A stretch of 64,000 nucleotides of DNA, taken from NCBI RefSeq assembly GCF_026571515.1, contig NW_026865550.1:124001-188000 (forward strand), read 5' to 3'. This stretch comes from Ruditapes philippinarum (taxonomy: Eukaryota). The translations under genes and the position numbers were made by a program. This document shows, piece after piece, positions 12,803 to 25,689 of this stretch. The notes below the pieces were generated by a model. The model saw only the letters and a list, made by a program, of their open reading frames with translations, was not told the origin of the DNA and made no database searches. Position 1 is the stretch's first letter. Every line of letters begins with the position of its first letter.

Positions 12803-14139
12803 TTTTACTTTAATCAATTCTCAACACAGGTTAACCCTACTCTTGATTTCCGGATATTTCAACTTGTTTTTTTTTATCTAAATGCGGAAGAGGAAGAGAA
12901 ATCTGAAGACGACAAGTTTATGCTAAAGTCTGTGCATAAACTTGACGGTCAATATACCGTAAATAAAAATATTGGCCAAATACCACTAAATTTTAACAAC
13001 GTAGTATCCGGACACGGTCTAGTCAAATTTCGTTCTCAATGTTCTATAGTTAATCAGTCATATTTGAGACTTGATTCTGGATTCCATTATCCTTGATGAA
13101 TAATATACTTTCTTCAACTGTTAACATCAACACAATCCAACTTAAATGAAACCCCAAAATAGTATGTTATCCATCAACTTTTTTTCTCTCAGAAATTTTG
13201 ATTCTGTTAGGACACGGATTTAATTCACCACTTAAAAAAGGTTCTGTCTATTGGCAGGTAATACATCTTTCATTCTTTCGCCCAGAAATGAGGTAATTAC
13301 GGTGGCACAGAGGTGACATGTGTGTTTATATTTATCTCATGTGCACAAGATAACTAATGCGATGCGCACGAGTTACTAAGGGGGTCATTCAAAAGATAGA
13401 AGACATGCTTGAGAAGGTGTACCATTCCTCATATCATTGAATGTATGCATGCATATACATGTATTAAGGAAGAAAGAAAGAAAGAAAGAAAAAAAAGAAA
13501 CAAACAAACAAACATTATTAATATAGAATATAATAACGAATATTACAGTATGTAATTTGTACTGGCGCAATATGATACTTCTGAATTAGTATCCTCATCA
13601 TAAAAATGGTGTATATTTCTTTACTGACTCTCTTTAGAACGATTGATCTTATTTGGTCTGGCACTGATGATATGATTGAGATTACTGAGAAGCTTCCCAG
13701 CGCCTTTCTCTGAGATATTTTAATATTTTGTATAGGTTGATGGGGGCTATAATTTTGGTATTGGAGTGATATCCCTTCTGTTCACCTGTATTGGTCATAT
13801 CATTGACTATCATATTAGCAAACGATTTTGTAGAGAATGGAGACTTAGATACATCACAGATCTACAATACATACATCTTTATTAACCTCCATGGATACAT
13901 TTTAAAGTAAAAATGAAGTGAAGTAAATGAAATACAGACAGTCACATAATGTTTCTGGTAAAGCCGGAATTCCCCGTTGCAGATTTTAGTCATTCCTATT
14001 TGGTGGTGTACAACCTCAATAAAAAATACAATCACTAATTACCATAGATCACCGATATATTTTCTTTTTTTTTCATCAAAATATTTACAAAAATGCCCAC
14101 GAATTGATAATCTAATATCTTACAGAATATATTTATACA

Positions 14140-14167
14140 ATGCCAAGAGGAAGAGCAAAGGCGCTAA
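14140..14167 (+). CDS. Pygo: Pygopus probable first coding exon (MPRGRAKAL-N)
   Basis: tacag acceptor ending 14125; acaATG context; gtaag donor; its phase-1 end fits the next exon. Confidence 0.65.
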
Positions 14168-15176
14168 GTAAGATTCTAAATATTCATGTTCAATGTATAA
14201 CTTGCAGAAAGATTTCCTCTTTTGTAACATGATTTCGCGTTTAATTTTCTTTGTCAATATTTTGTAAAATTTTATTTTATTGTAATTTTGCTGATTATCA
14301 ATGATGAATTGTTGCAGATACTGAAAAGCTGTAATAGGCACAAAGTAGAAGTCAAATAACTTCTTATTGTTGCTTTAATTTCAAGTTATGGAATACCAAA
14401 AAATAATATGAAAAAGGCAAAGCCTCAAAGCGAGCTCGATTTTCTTTTACCGTAAAATAGTTTAAAATAATCATTCAATTTTATTTTACATTTTCCATTT
14501 TAAAATTGTCATTTGGTATTTTATACACTGCTTCCGTTTATTCTAGTTCCCCCTTTCTATTATGGTTCCCATATAAGGACACCAGTCTACGCTTCCGTTT
14601 TCAATCAGAGTACATCGGCTTTTATCGTTATGTAGATATGTTTAAAACTCCACACTATAGGTGGTCACAATATGAATATATAGTGTCATAAAAAAAACTG
14701 GCAGTTTTTTTAAGAAAGGACCCAAATTTACTTTATCAATACAAAGTTACTCCATTCTTTTATTCAAATTAGGCATACTCAGTAAGAATTATATAGAATT
14801 CTGTTATTCAAATATTTTACTCAAGAATAAGCATACATGCATTTAAACATAAAAGAAAATAGTTCTGTAAAGAACCTCATAGTCATAATTAAGAGCGGAA
14901 ACAATCTTTGTTTTTAGGTACTTAGTAATGTTCAGGGAATGACTTTTAAATAAGGACTACAGAACGGGAAAATTAGATTTAAATATAAAACCAACTGAAA
15001 TTCAAGGGCTAAGTAAAATAATCTAGTCTTATACAACTTGTTAACTATTTGAATTTCTCTAACATTGACTTTAAATTTGCGACATTTTCCTCATTCATTC
15101 AAAATATTAGAAATTTACAGAATTGATATTTGATAAAGTTCTTCACTTTTATAATATTTTATTTGAATATCTTTAG

Positions 15177-15238
15177 ATGCGGAAGGTGATGGATTCAGCC
15201 AGCCTAGTGCTCCTACAAAACGCCGGAAAAAGTCGAGG
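15177..15238 (+). CDS. Pygo: Pygopus exon with NLS (AEGDGFSQPSAPTKRRKKSR)
   Basis: ctttag/gtaaaa; basic KRRKK cluster like the Pygo N-terminal NLS; in frame with the last exon. Confidence 0.8.
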
Positions 15239-15409
15239 GTAAAAGCAATATTACGCTTGATAATCATTAATTTTTTTACTTAATTGTATTAACTCAGATA
15301 GATATGTACTAGACATATAGTAGTATACAAGTGCTATGATATGACTAATAAGCATGATTGTTCAGCATAATTATGCTATAAATTAATATAATATTTCAAA
15401 TTCTGTTTT

Positions 15410-15661
15410 GGGGCGTCTGGTCGAGTGGCTAAGGTCATTGACTTCAAACCACTTGCCTTTCACTGCTGTGGGTTCGAATCCCGACAGGGACATGCTATCC
15501 AGCTAGCTTACGGAACATCGGTGGTTCTACTCAGGTGCCTCTTTGTGCCTGAAATTATGCACAGAAGGGCACCTAAGGTCTTCCTTCACCAGTAAAGCTG
15601 GAGCATTGCCATATGTGTCTGTGTGACCGTAAAACCCAATGAAACAAACAAAACAAACAAA
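15410..15661 (+). mobile_element. tRNA-derived SINE (bivalve RUDI/Meta-like), near full length, in a Pygo intron
   Basis: A box tggtcgagtgg; B box ggttcgaatcc; body ctagcttacggaa..ggtggttctactcaggtgcc; (AAAC)n tail. Confidence 0.85.
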
Positions 15662-16099
15662 TTATGTTTTATGACAGGCAATTTCATCTGTGTATTAACA
15701 CCATGTAAATGTTTCAGGAAAGATTTGGTTTAGAAATAGAAGTATTCAATTTTAAATAGCTTTATTACAAAGTTTATAGATGTTTCCATTTTAGAACTGA
15801 TCATAATATTATCAACAGATAACTTAAGTTGAATAAACAGATAAAGGAAAGTTTAAGTTTAGATGGTATGAGAATCTAAGATAGAGTATACATGTACTGG
15901 TAAAGAAAGATATAATTTCGAAATGATTGCCAGATAACAAACCTGTAACATCAATATATCGTCACTTTGGTGCAATAACGGGTTATGTCTTTAAATAATT
16001 TATAAAGAGTTAACCCATTACTGCACTAAGGTGACAATATATGCCTTATAAAAAGGCTATAGTATATGATTTTATCAAGACATATTCAATTATTTTCAG

Positions 16100-16690
16100 G
16101 CAAGTCCAGGAACACCGGACATGATACCTCCACCTATGGGCAATTATGGTCCTATGATGCCCGGAAATCCCATGGATGATCCACGTGGATACCCACCGAA
16201 CTCCATGCCATTTTCTCCAAATTCAATGCCTGATGGCCCATACTCGAACCATATGGGACCCATGATGGGTGGCCCTGGTCAGGGTCGCGGAGGTCCGATG
16301 CCTGGCTCTCAGGGTCCTTACCCCTACCCAGGTGGACCTGGCCCAGGTCCCGGGCATCCAATGAATCACCGTATGCCTCAACCAGGGCAGATGTCAGCTA
16401 TGGGTCCGCAAAGCAATGGAAAAGTTTACCCAAGTTCAGCATCAATGGTGTTCAATCCATCTAATCCAAATGCTCCCCCGATATATCCGTGTGGTATATG
16501 CCATAAAGAAGTACATGACAATGATCAGGCTATATTGTGTGAAAGTGGGTGTAATTTCTGGTACCATCGCAGCTGTACCGGTCTAACAGAGATAGCATTT
16601 ATCATGTTAACTCAGGAGGTTTACGCGGAATGGGCATGTGACCATTGCCTTCAATCACGCAGCATCCCACTTGTTAAAATGAAATCCTGA
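16100..16690 (+). CDS. Pygo: Pygopus last exon: Pro/Gly/Met-rich linker plus C-terminal PHD finger
   Basis: ttttcag acceptor; PIYPCGICHKEV..DQAILCESGCNFWYHRSCTGLTE.AF..LT.EV.AEWACD.C is the Pygopus-type PHD at the extreme C-terminus. Confidence 0.93.
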   Translation, partial: ASPGTPDMIPPPMGNYGPMMPGNPMDDPRGYPPNSMPFSPNSMPDGPYSNHMGPMMGGPGQGRGGPMPGSQGPYPYPGGPGPGPGHPMNHRMPQPGQMSAMGPQSNGKVYPSSASMVFNPSNPNAPPIYPCGICHKEVHDNDQAILCESGCNFWYHRSCTGLTEIAFIMLTQEVYAEWACDHCLQSRSIPLVKMKS

Positions 16691-17493
16691 AGATCTATCT
16701 GTATGGTAAAGGCTGTCTGAATACCTTACTGTATGGTAAATTAAAGTCTTAATGTCGAAGAGCTTGGTTGGTAATGGTAAACTATCAAACTTAATGCAGA
16801 CATACTTTTTTGTATACATGTATGTTAATGAAAAGTAACATTTTTAGTTCCACTATTCTAAGAATAGGGAGAGCTGTTGTACATGTACTCGCCCTGTTGG
16901 GTTTGGTGTCTCTGTCACCCTTTGGTTGAGTTTTTATATGCAAGATGGTATCTTCAAATGCACTGAAGGGAAAAGGTTCACACTTCACACACTCTGTTCA
17001 CTGTGATTTTCTAACAAGATAGGCATTGGTTCCATAACAGCATTGGTTGCATAACTCTGAGATACCTTTTTACAGAGTTATGGCCCTTTTCTAACTGTCA
17101 AGCTCTGAGAATAGTCAAGCGGGCTGTCATACGGACAGCTTTTGTTAAATGCTATAAAACAATGTTGGGTATCCAGTAATTTAGAGGCTTTTTGTTTTGT
17201 ATCTTGATAAAGACATGTACCATGGCACTGTACTTAAATTGAAAGAATGGATTTTTTAAAATTTCCAATAAAGCATATTTGAAATTACGACTGAAGGTTT
17301 TTTTTTTTTCAAAATTGCAGAAATTTTGATATTTTGTTAGTGAGTTTTATTGGTGTCTTACATAATTTGTTTACATTAAACAAAAGTGACTCTTAATAAT
17401 TTTATAACTTTGTCTAGATATTACCATAAGATGACATGATTGCACAGTTTTTGAATTTGTTATTGTACATGTTACAGTTTTTACACCCTTTAA

Positions 17494-18015
17494 AGCAGCA
17501 TGCATCCAAATTGAGCTTATTTTTGTGAAAATCTTACAAAATGTATTTAAAAGTAAAATATTTTGAAGCGAACATGGAAATTTATACATTGCAAAGGGCA
17601 CTTACAATCCACATTAATTACCAAAAATGGTCTAAAAAATGTGCAAAAATAGCCCTTATTGCGTTAGTCATGCAGTGACAACAGGGCTTCCACTAAGTTC
17701 CAAAATTTTGAAGTCAGAGACTGCCAAGTCTCTGAAATTGGAAGTCTAGGTATATAGGTAAAGAAGGAAAATCTTGAAATTTTGGAAGTCACAAGGAAAA
17801 ATTGGGAGTAAATGACTTCCAAACTTCCACTAATGGAAGCCCTGGTGACAACATGGTGATGAATACATGTACTGCAAAATCTGTCATTAATTGCATATTA
17901 CATGTAAATTATAACTTGAATTTTGAATCTTTTTTTACTTTTCTTTAAATATTATTACATTTTACTCAAGTTTGATTTTCTTGAAATATTTTGGCTCATC
18001 TGGAGGCATGCTGCT
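17494..18015. mobile_element. Kolobok-type MITE family B copy carrying a nested 163-bp element
   Basis: ttaa-agcagcatgc...gcatgctgct-ttaa. Confidence 0.78.
17682..17844. mobile_element. Nested MITE with CAGGGCTTCCA TIRs and 7-bp TSD (GTGACAA)
   Basis: cagggcttccactaag...ctaatggaagccctg flanked by gtgacaa on both sides. Confidence 0.8.
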
Positions 18016-18296
18016 TTAAGAATTTTACTGTTTATATAATATAACACTTATTTACATGTATTTATTGTTACAGAATATGTATAGTCTTAATAATTTGAAC
18101 TAAATTCTAGATTACAAAAAACTGCAGTTTAATTATGTAATTTATTGGGATGTATTGTTTTGTTTACATTTTGTATAATTAGATTTCTAAAGATATTAGC
18201 TTTATAGAAATATTTCATGACAGTAGCTTTGTTTAACTCAAAGCCAATTATATTTGTGAATGATGAATGTTTAATGATAATTTGTTCGATAGTGAG

Positions 18297-18423
18297 GTTT
18301 TGGATTCTTTCATGTGAGGAAGCTGTCCAGATAGCTTACGAAATGTCGGTTGTTCTACTCTGGTGTTGGTTTGTGCCTGAATTAATGCACAGAGGGGCCA
18401 ACACTAAAGTTGGAAAGTCGCTA
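18297..18423 (+). mobile_element. Same SINE family, fragment
   Basis: catgtgaggaagctgtccagatagcttacg...gtgcctgaattaatgcacagagggg. Confidence 0.75.
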
Positions 18424-21378
18424 TTAACTTTCTGAAATGAAAGAAAACTATTAAATACATAAGTTGTTTTTTTAAACTCTTTTAACACAATTACTTGTTA
18501 CTTTATGACCTTACATGATACTATGTATATTGTGTTTTTGGTTAGTGAAACATTACAGTCAGCATGTCGACTATGTCACCAACATTCACAATCTGAGTGA
18601 TCAATTCTTACCTGGCATCAGGCATTTCAAATGGCTATTGGGTAGGTAACATTAAGAATGCCTGATTTACGGTCAGGCTACTTTCAGAATGTTTGTTTAT
18701 GGTCGGCCATGACTTAAGTTTTTGATATTTTTTAATTTGATATAAAGTTATGTACCTTAACTATTTTATGTACTTTGCAGAGTACTTAACTTAATTATTT
18801 TATTGTATTCATGATAAAGAGTACTTTTTTTACTCACTTTAAGTAAGAGAATAAGTGACATAAACTGAACATTCCCATGGGTGTAAATAATTCTATTTTT
18901 TAATTCTTATTCTAATTTTTATATATTTATTTACATTGTAAGATGACACAAACATTTGTTTAAAGATGATGTCAACTTTTTTAATTTTTATGGACATGTG
19001 GAAATAGATCTTTTTTTTAAATGAGCAGTTTATACGTTTTAGCTTTTCGTTTTTTTTGTTGTTGTTTTTTTGAAGAAAAAGTTGAGCTATTATGATCGCT
19101 TTGACATCATGGTTGTTGTTGTTGTTGTTGTTGTTGTTGTCATCATTGTTGTTGTGGTGCAATGACATAACAGTATAAAACATGTAATACTTGCTTACCA
19201 TGACGTAAGGCTGATGTTAGACAAGGGGCATAATTTTGAAAGCTTTATTTTTGGAGTTGTGTCCCTTTTTAACTTAGAATTTATGATAAAAGTGATTAGT
19301 TTAACAGATGAGTATTAATACGGGATGCAGTGCCCTTGTTATTTATTATTTTAATATCAGCTCAGTTTACAAAAGGAACAAAGATGTTTTTATATTTTGA
19401 GCTATAGAATCTCTCTGTATTGTATTACTTAAGAATTATACATTCAGAATGATCTTATTTCTACTCCAGATTTGTCAGTTCTTATTAACATTTTGCACAG
19501 TGTGTAATACTTTAGATTCTATCTTAGTTCACATATATTTCTTACATATAATAATTTAGATGCAATATAAAAATTGATCAAAAATTTTAATTACATTGTT
19601 AATGATTGTGTTCCTATATATATTAATAAAAATACATGTATATATATCTTTTACTTCATAATAAATAAAACGTTTGTACACTTTATTTTCAACATTTTAA
19701 GACATTTTTTATGTTTTAAGAAAAATTGGTTCAAAACATTTTTTGTCCTACTCTGATTGTTTAAGGCCCATTATGTTCTCCAATTGTTAAAGCGCCATTA
19801 TGAGATTTACTGTTTTTGGAAAAAAATATTTCAGTATCAATAGCTTATCTCATTCACAGTCATACAAAAGTGTCATTTTAATAAATTTATTAATACATGT
19901 GCCATAGATAAAATTCTACTCAAATTGTATTTTTGAATCAATTTTTTTTTTATTATTTTAAGGCAGCAAAAAGCATATGGCCATATTTAGTATATTTGAA
20001 TATGTTTAACAGTACAGTCTGACCTGGACCCATACTGTTGGCTAACTAACTTTATATTATCTGATAATAGACCATTCCAAAAAAGGAATTTGGGCAAGTT
20101 CATTTAAGAAATTCAGGAGGTTTAAGGGTTTAATCATAAATGATAATATATTTGTATAGATAATAGATTTGTAATTGTAAAAAAATCCATTTTGAATTAT
20201 AATGTCACTGTATGTATATATATATGTGTATGAATTATGTAATAAACTGTGTTAGACATTTGTAATTATTATTTAAATACACATTAAAGACACATTATGC
20301 CTTAGAAACAAAGTTTACTTCTTAAAAAAGGGAAAACATGATTTTTATAATGTTTAAATAATAGTTTTAGTGAATTTAAGATGCTTATTACCTGAATTAA
20401 GCAGGATAAATGTGACAAAATTTGTTATAAAAGTAGCAAAATATAATCAGTATATAAGTAGTAATTTGACCTACATACAAAATACTAATTCACTATAACT
20501 ATAGGTATTGCCAAAAAGCAACAGATGAAAAAAAAAAGATATGTCATGCCCCTAGTAACTTTTTGGATACTACAAGAGTACACCAAAATTAAAAAGCTTT
20601 TGTGAAATAAAAATAAATGTATTTCTGAGGCATAATGGACCTTTAAGGTAATTTGTATAGCTCAATATGATTAGATTCACATATCATAGTTTTAAGATTG
20701 TGTTTTTTTTTATTATTTAAAAATCTGTGTGATCTTAGATTTTTTTAGTGGTTTTTATATTTTTGTTTATTTTTTGTTTACATCGAAATCCCATTGTAAT
20801 TGTATGGATCACTTGATATTTTCATTTTATGTTTGTTTGTTGTTTTTTTTTGTCTTCATTTACTGACATACTTACATAAGCTTTTCTTGTTGTTGATATT
20901 TGTACATGTATATATCAAGAGGGCTTTGTTTGTTTATTTTGAATACTGATGACTTTTTAATAGCTTTTTTGAAGCATAGGCCACAAGTTAAATACCAATT
21001 TATTTCATATTCACTTCGAAGCTATTTGCATGTATTTATTTAAAAAAATTTAAAAACAGATTTTTATTCTTTTCTATACTAGGCTACTTATCAATAAAAG
21101 AACCAAGGTATAAGCGATCAACCTTGCTTGAACCCCTAACTTGCGGGAATATTTGCCTTCATAGTTAGGTCAGCCTGCACGTCCATGCACTTTGGCCATT
21201 TTCTACACTGTCATCAGGGTGTGATGATTGGGGCAATTTCCGCAGGTGTAAGATTAAATGTAACATTTTGATAAAAAATATCAGGGTAAAAAAATGATAT
21301 CTTTACATGTTGAATTCTGAATATTATATAAAATGTTTATGTATTTTTTCTAGGTCAAAAGCTATTTGTATTGTATTA

Positions 21379-21709
21379 CCGTAAAAATCCTAATAAACAC
21401 CCCTCCTCTAATAAAAGCCCCCCCCCCCACAGGCTTTTTGATATAGAGAAAAATCTGCTCATGAGTGGTGAACTCTTTAATAAATCTGTAATTTTATTCA
21501 AATCCTTCAGAATCCATTTTATTTCATAGTAAACACAAAAATGTATCACATGAACTTTAAAATCTTAACACATTTTAATGTTATTACCAACCCATGTTAC
21601 ACTAAATGTATTTTCAATGATTTTTGGATTTAGGAAAAACGTGTTGTAATAATAGCCCCCCTTTTGGAAAATGTTTAGCCCCCGGGGGCGTTTAATAGGA
21701 ATTTTACGG
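21379..21709. mobile_element. MITE with CCGTAAAA TIRs and TA flanks
   Basis: ta-ccgtaaaaatcctaataaacacccc...ggggcgtttaataggaattttacgg-ta. Confidence 0.75.
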
Positions 21710-22379
21710 TATGTATTTACCATCTTCGCTATTTTTGAACAAATGAAATCATCAGCTTGTCTGTCTTGTAACTCCATTCATTTTACATTCTGGTCTATAG
21801 TTATAAGGCATTTCTTGAAATGTTGGCTTTACTTGATGGCAATAACAATATAATTGCACGTAATATGTAAACTCTTACTTGAATCTTTTTACCTTTCTTA
21901 AAAATTTCGTACATTTTTTCTCTCAAGTTTGATTTCCTTGAAATATTTGGGCTCATCTGGAGACATGCAGCTTTAAATTTAATCTCAATATCCCTAAATT
22001 AATAATAGATAGTTCCAAAACTGGCATCATTAGAAAATGGACAAGAACATCTAAGAAATTGTGCAGGTTAAGTGTCAGAAAAATTTAATATTTTATATCA
22101 AATTTGTGTTCAGAAGATTGCTTCTTATGTTGTCACTGATTAATGTTTTCTGAATTATTTTATCTTTCATGAAATGTTAAATTTTTCCAGTTTTTTTTTC
22201 TTACAACGATGTATTAAAATTAAAGTAAATACCATTTTTTCTGAAAAGAATAAACTGTCATATGATTAATGTGAATGTGGAGAGACACAGGGTAATATTT
22301 AATATAGATATCTACAAATATAAAGTTTATAGATATACAATATATGTTTGAACTTAGATGATTTTTCATTGTTGATTAA

Positions 22380-22732
22380 AGGAACTCCACTGAGGTTTTT
22401 GACATGACAAGACTGGAAATATTTTTTCAAGATTTGTGTACCAATCGATATAGGTCTAGACCAATAATTTGTGTGTAAATTTTCAGATCATTCGCTCATT
22501 CAGTTTTTACAGAATGATAATTTTCATTGTGCGAAATGACTCAAAAATGAAAACCTTAGCACCGCTTTTCATACATATTGGACTGAGAATTGCACAAAAT
22601 CGATATTCAGTTTGATTCTGAGTATAGCACTTTATTATCCTTTGCACATTTGTCCATTTTAGGTGTTTCCCTTAATCTATGAAAGAATTTCAAATTTTAT
22701 GTTTTTGGCTTTTGGACTTCAGTGGAGTTCCT
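22380..22732. mobile_element. Kolobok-type MITE family A copy (inverted relative to 1290)
   Basis: aggaactccactgagg...cttcagtggagttcct with TTAA on both sides. Confidence 0.8.
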
Positions 22733-23529
22733 TTAATGAATGTTGGAGATATGCATAACTACTAGTTCATGTATAGGATACCACCAATGTGGAAATAACT
22801 TAAAATTACATGTGTTTTTATTGTAAAGAATGAAATATCATGTAAACACATTGCTATATGATTTGTAACCAATTTAAGGTAATATGCATATTGACCTTTA
22901 TTTGTTAATTGATTAAAGGTTAATATTATTCGTGTTGAACTTTGTCTTTTAATCAGGTAAAGGTCATATGCATATTGACCTACTTAATATAAAGGTATTT
23001 ATCAAAGGTCATTATTAAGCATATTAGCCTTTAATTTGTTAATCAAATGGATTTTTATTTAAAATCAATTAATGGTTACATGCATATCAACATATACTTA
23101 TTTATTTATAATAAAAATCGTTGCAGATTGAAATATGATTATAAATCAGTACTCGGTCTATTTGTCCTTGACCTTTGCAGTAAACTGTCAAGGTCATTAG
23201 CTGGGATAGACAGTGTTTATTTCATCACACGTTGGTTTTATAATACTTTTAATGATTTTTTTAGCATCTTTATTCTTCATTCAATTTTTATATAAGACTG
23301 ATCTATTTTTAGACGTTGGTTTTTGTTGTTGATATACTTTAAATGGCAATGTTCATGCTTGTGTGAAAAAGTTTTTTCTTCACATTTTCACTCTCAATTT
23401 TATTCTATGACTTCTTTACTGTCGTTTTTTTCATTAAACATGTTTCATCATAAATTTTGTATTGCAATGAAATGTCAATAGATATCAGTAGCAGATGCTT
23501 GTTGTGTTGTTATTTCAAAAAAATTTCTT

Positions 23530-23925
23530 GAAACAAGTTATGACAGCGCAATTGCCTTGACCATAATTTGACACGGTCAAAGGTCAAGGTAACAAGTGAG
23601 GGAAATTATATTGACCTTATTTTGATTGTGCTTATAAGGTTAAAGGTCAAGGCAACAAGCAAATGATATTACATTGACATTGTTTTGACATTGTGCTAAA
23701 AAGGTCAAAGGTCAAGGTAACAAGCAAGTGAAGGAAGTGAAATTGCATTGACTTCATTTTGACAATTTGCCGAAAAGGTCAAAGGTCAATATAAAAATGC
23801 AAATAATGGAAGGTTACCTTGTTTTGACATTGTACTGAAAAGGTTAAAGGTCAAGGTAAAGAGCAACTAAGTGAAGGTAAACTGCATTGACATTTTCCTG
23901 GAAAGGTCAAATGCAAAGGTAGCAG
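23530..23925. repeat. Degenerate ~60-70-bp tandem repeat with AAAGGTCAAAGGTCAAGG core
   Basis: Recurrent ggtcaaaggtcaaggtaacaag / ttgacattg units; related sequence at ~24590-24905. Confidence 0.65.
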
Positions 23926-25148
23926 TTGTCAAATACAGAAGTAAATAATCGAAATCATAATGATGAAAGGCAGTTAATTCTCGGAGATGAATACATTTTC
24001 CTCCAGTTTGTAAAAATGACAAACATGCGTTTTGCAATGTTGTTATAATGTATTAAGAGCATTTTAAATAGAGAATATCGCTGAACGTAAAATAATGTTT
24101 CACAGGTGGAGCAAAATGTAAACAAAGTGGTATTTGTCTTCCAATGGTACCGTTATATTGTCAATGAGTAACATTTTAGAAACTTTAACAGAACACCAAA
24201 ATCAAAACCCTTTGATAAAAAAATGTGAGACTTAATGTGTCTTTAATGTTCATTTATAGACCTAATGTAAATAAATGACACTTGTTTCAGACTGGGTCAT
24301 TTAATCAATTGTTACCTTGGATAGCCAAATACATGAACACAATATGCTAAATATATTGGTATAACAGAAATTGAGATTGAACCGTTGACCTCTACAATAA
24401 CTTGCTAAAGAGTTAGCGCTCAACACGTGCCAGCTCTCATCATTTGCATAGTCACGGAGTCTCAAATATCTGGATTTTGATTGGTCAGTTTGCATTCTGT
24501 GCTGATTTTGGATCAATGAAATAGAGCAAAGAACCATCTTTTAAACGTCAAAACCAAAAATGAATACATAACCTTGACTTTAAAGCGCTCAAGGTAACTT
24601 TAATGACCGCTCAAGTCCTTGACAAGTTTTAGGTGTACTGTCATCATACTTAGAAGGGAGGATTTACATAACCAGTAAATGACCCTTTGTGATTTTAAAG
24701 CAAACAGGTCAAATGTCAAGTTCACAGTGACATTAAGTGTAAATTCCTGTAAGTTTAATTGTTTGAGAGGAAATTTCTAGGTTAGATTTGTGAGACATTG
24801 CCAAAGGTTAGTGGATGAGTCGATCGATTTTAGGTCAGTGGCACTAAGTAGATAACATCTATTGATTTTAAGTACACTAAGTCAAAGGTCAAGGTCACAG
24901 TGACGCTTGTGAAAAAAACGCCCGTCCGATCAATAGTTTGGCCTGGTTGTTTTCTTTCATTTTTCAATAGAGTCCTATCACATTCAAACATCTTACGACA
25001 GTACATACTTCGGCCGACAGGCGATGCTCTTATTAAGAAATTGTTTGAGGTTATGCTATGACCTAAACTGCGTTGATACGCCGTAAAACTAAACAAAACA
25101 AATACATCTTATGCTGATCAAAACTTAAATAAAAATCAATCATGGTCT

Positions 25149-25385
25149 TTTTGGTTGGATTTTACGTAGCATGAACACAGTAGAAGTAATTTGGCGACTT
25201 TCAAACTTTACTGATGTAGGCAGGCCTCGGGTGTCCCTCCGTACATTATTTCAGGCACGAGCGGGTACCCAAGTAGAACCACCGACATTCCGTTAGCTGG
25301 TTGGATAGCTTCAACACATGAGAGAGAATCTAGTCCCTATTGAGATTCGTACCAACAGTGGTGAGTGACAAGTGGTTTGAAGACA
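25149..25385 (-). mobile_element. Same SINE family, just 3' of the MAM gene
   Basis: gtagaaccaccgacattccgttagctg...ggatagcttc. Confidence 0.75.
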
Positions 25386-25536
25386 AGATAGTTTCTTTAT
25401 AGATTTTATTTTTTGTTGCACTAGGCGATGAACAGTGAATCCATTGTCACAGCGTCCTTATATAATATTGTGTTAATACATTATATACACGTGATTATAT
25501 ATATTTGAAATACATGATACCAATAAAGTAAACATT

Positions 25537-25623
25537 TCAGAGAGTTTTCACATTGCTATACAACTGGATGTCATCAATAGCAAAGTATCCAGCCATACTT
25601 GTCTTTTTGGAAGAAAACACTAT
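25537..25623 (-). CDS. Triple-MAM protein exon 13 (IVFSSKKTSMAGYFAIDDIQLYSNVKTL*), MAM3 end and stop
   Basis: FAIDDI motif; ttgcag acceptor; TGA at 25539-25537. Confidence 0.9.
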   Translation of the reverse strand: MVFSSKKTSMAGYFAIDDIQLYSNVKTL

Positions 25624-25689
25624 CTGCAAAGATACAAACGGAAATAAATATATAGTAAAATAATGACGAAATATGAAAGAAAAGAAAAA

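Noticed and set aside
12788-13096. 102-aa plus-strand ORF as Pygo exon 1
   Set aside because: Non-ATG start, overlaps the OSTF1 start region, and no convincing donor in the needed phase; 14140-14167 fits better
15410-15490. Functional tRNA gene
   Set aside because: It is the head of a SINE and continues into a body repeated six times in the window
18893-19201. Poly-Asn ORF
   Set aside because: Produced by a (GTT)n microsatellite in AT-rich sequence
23530-23925. Array of nuclear-receptor DR1 elements (AGGTCAAAGGTCA)
   Set aside because: The motif is the core of a degenerate tandem repeat with relatives nearby; nothing in the sequence indicates regulatory function
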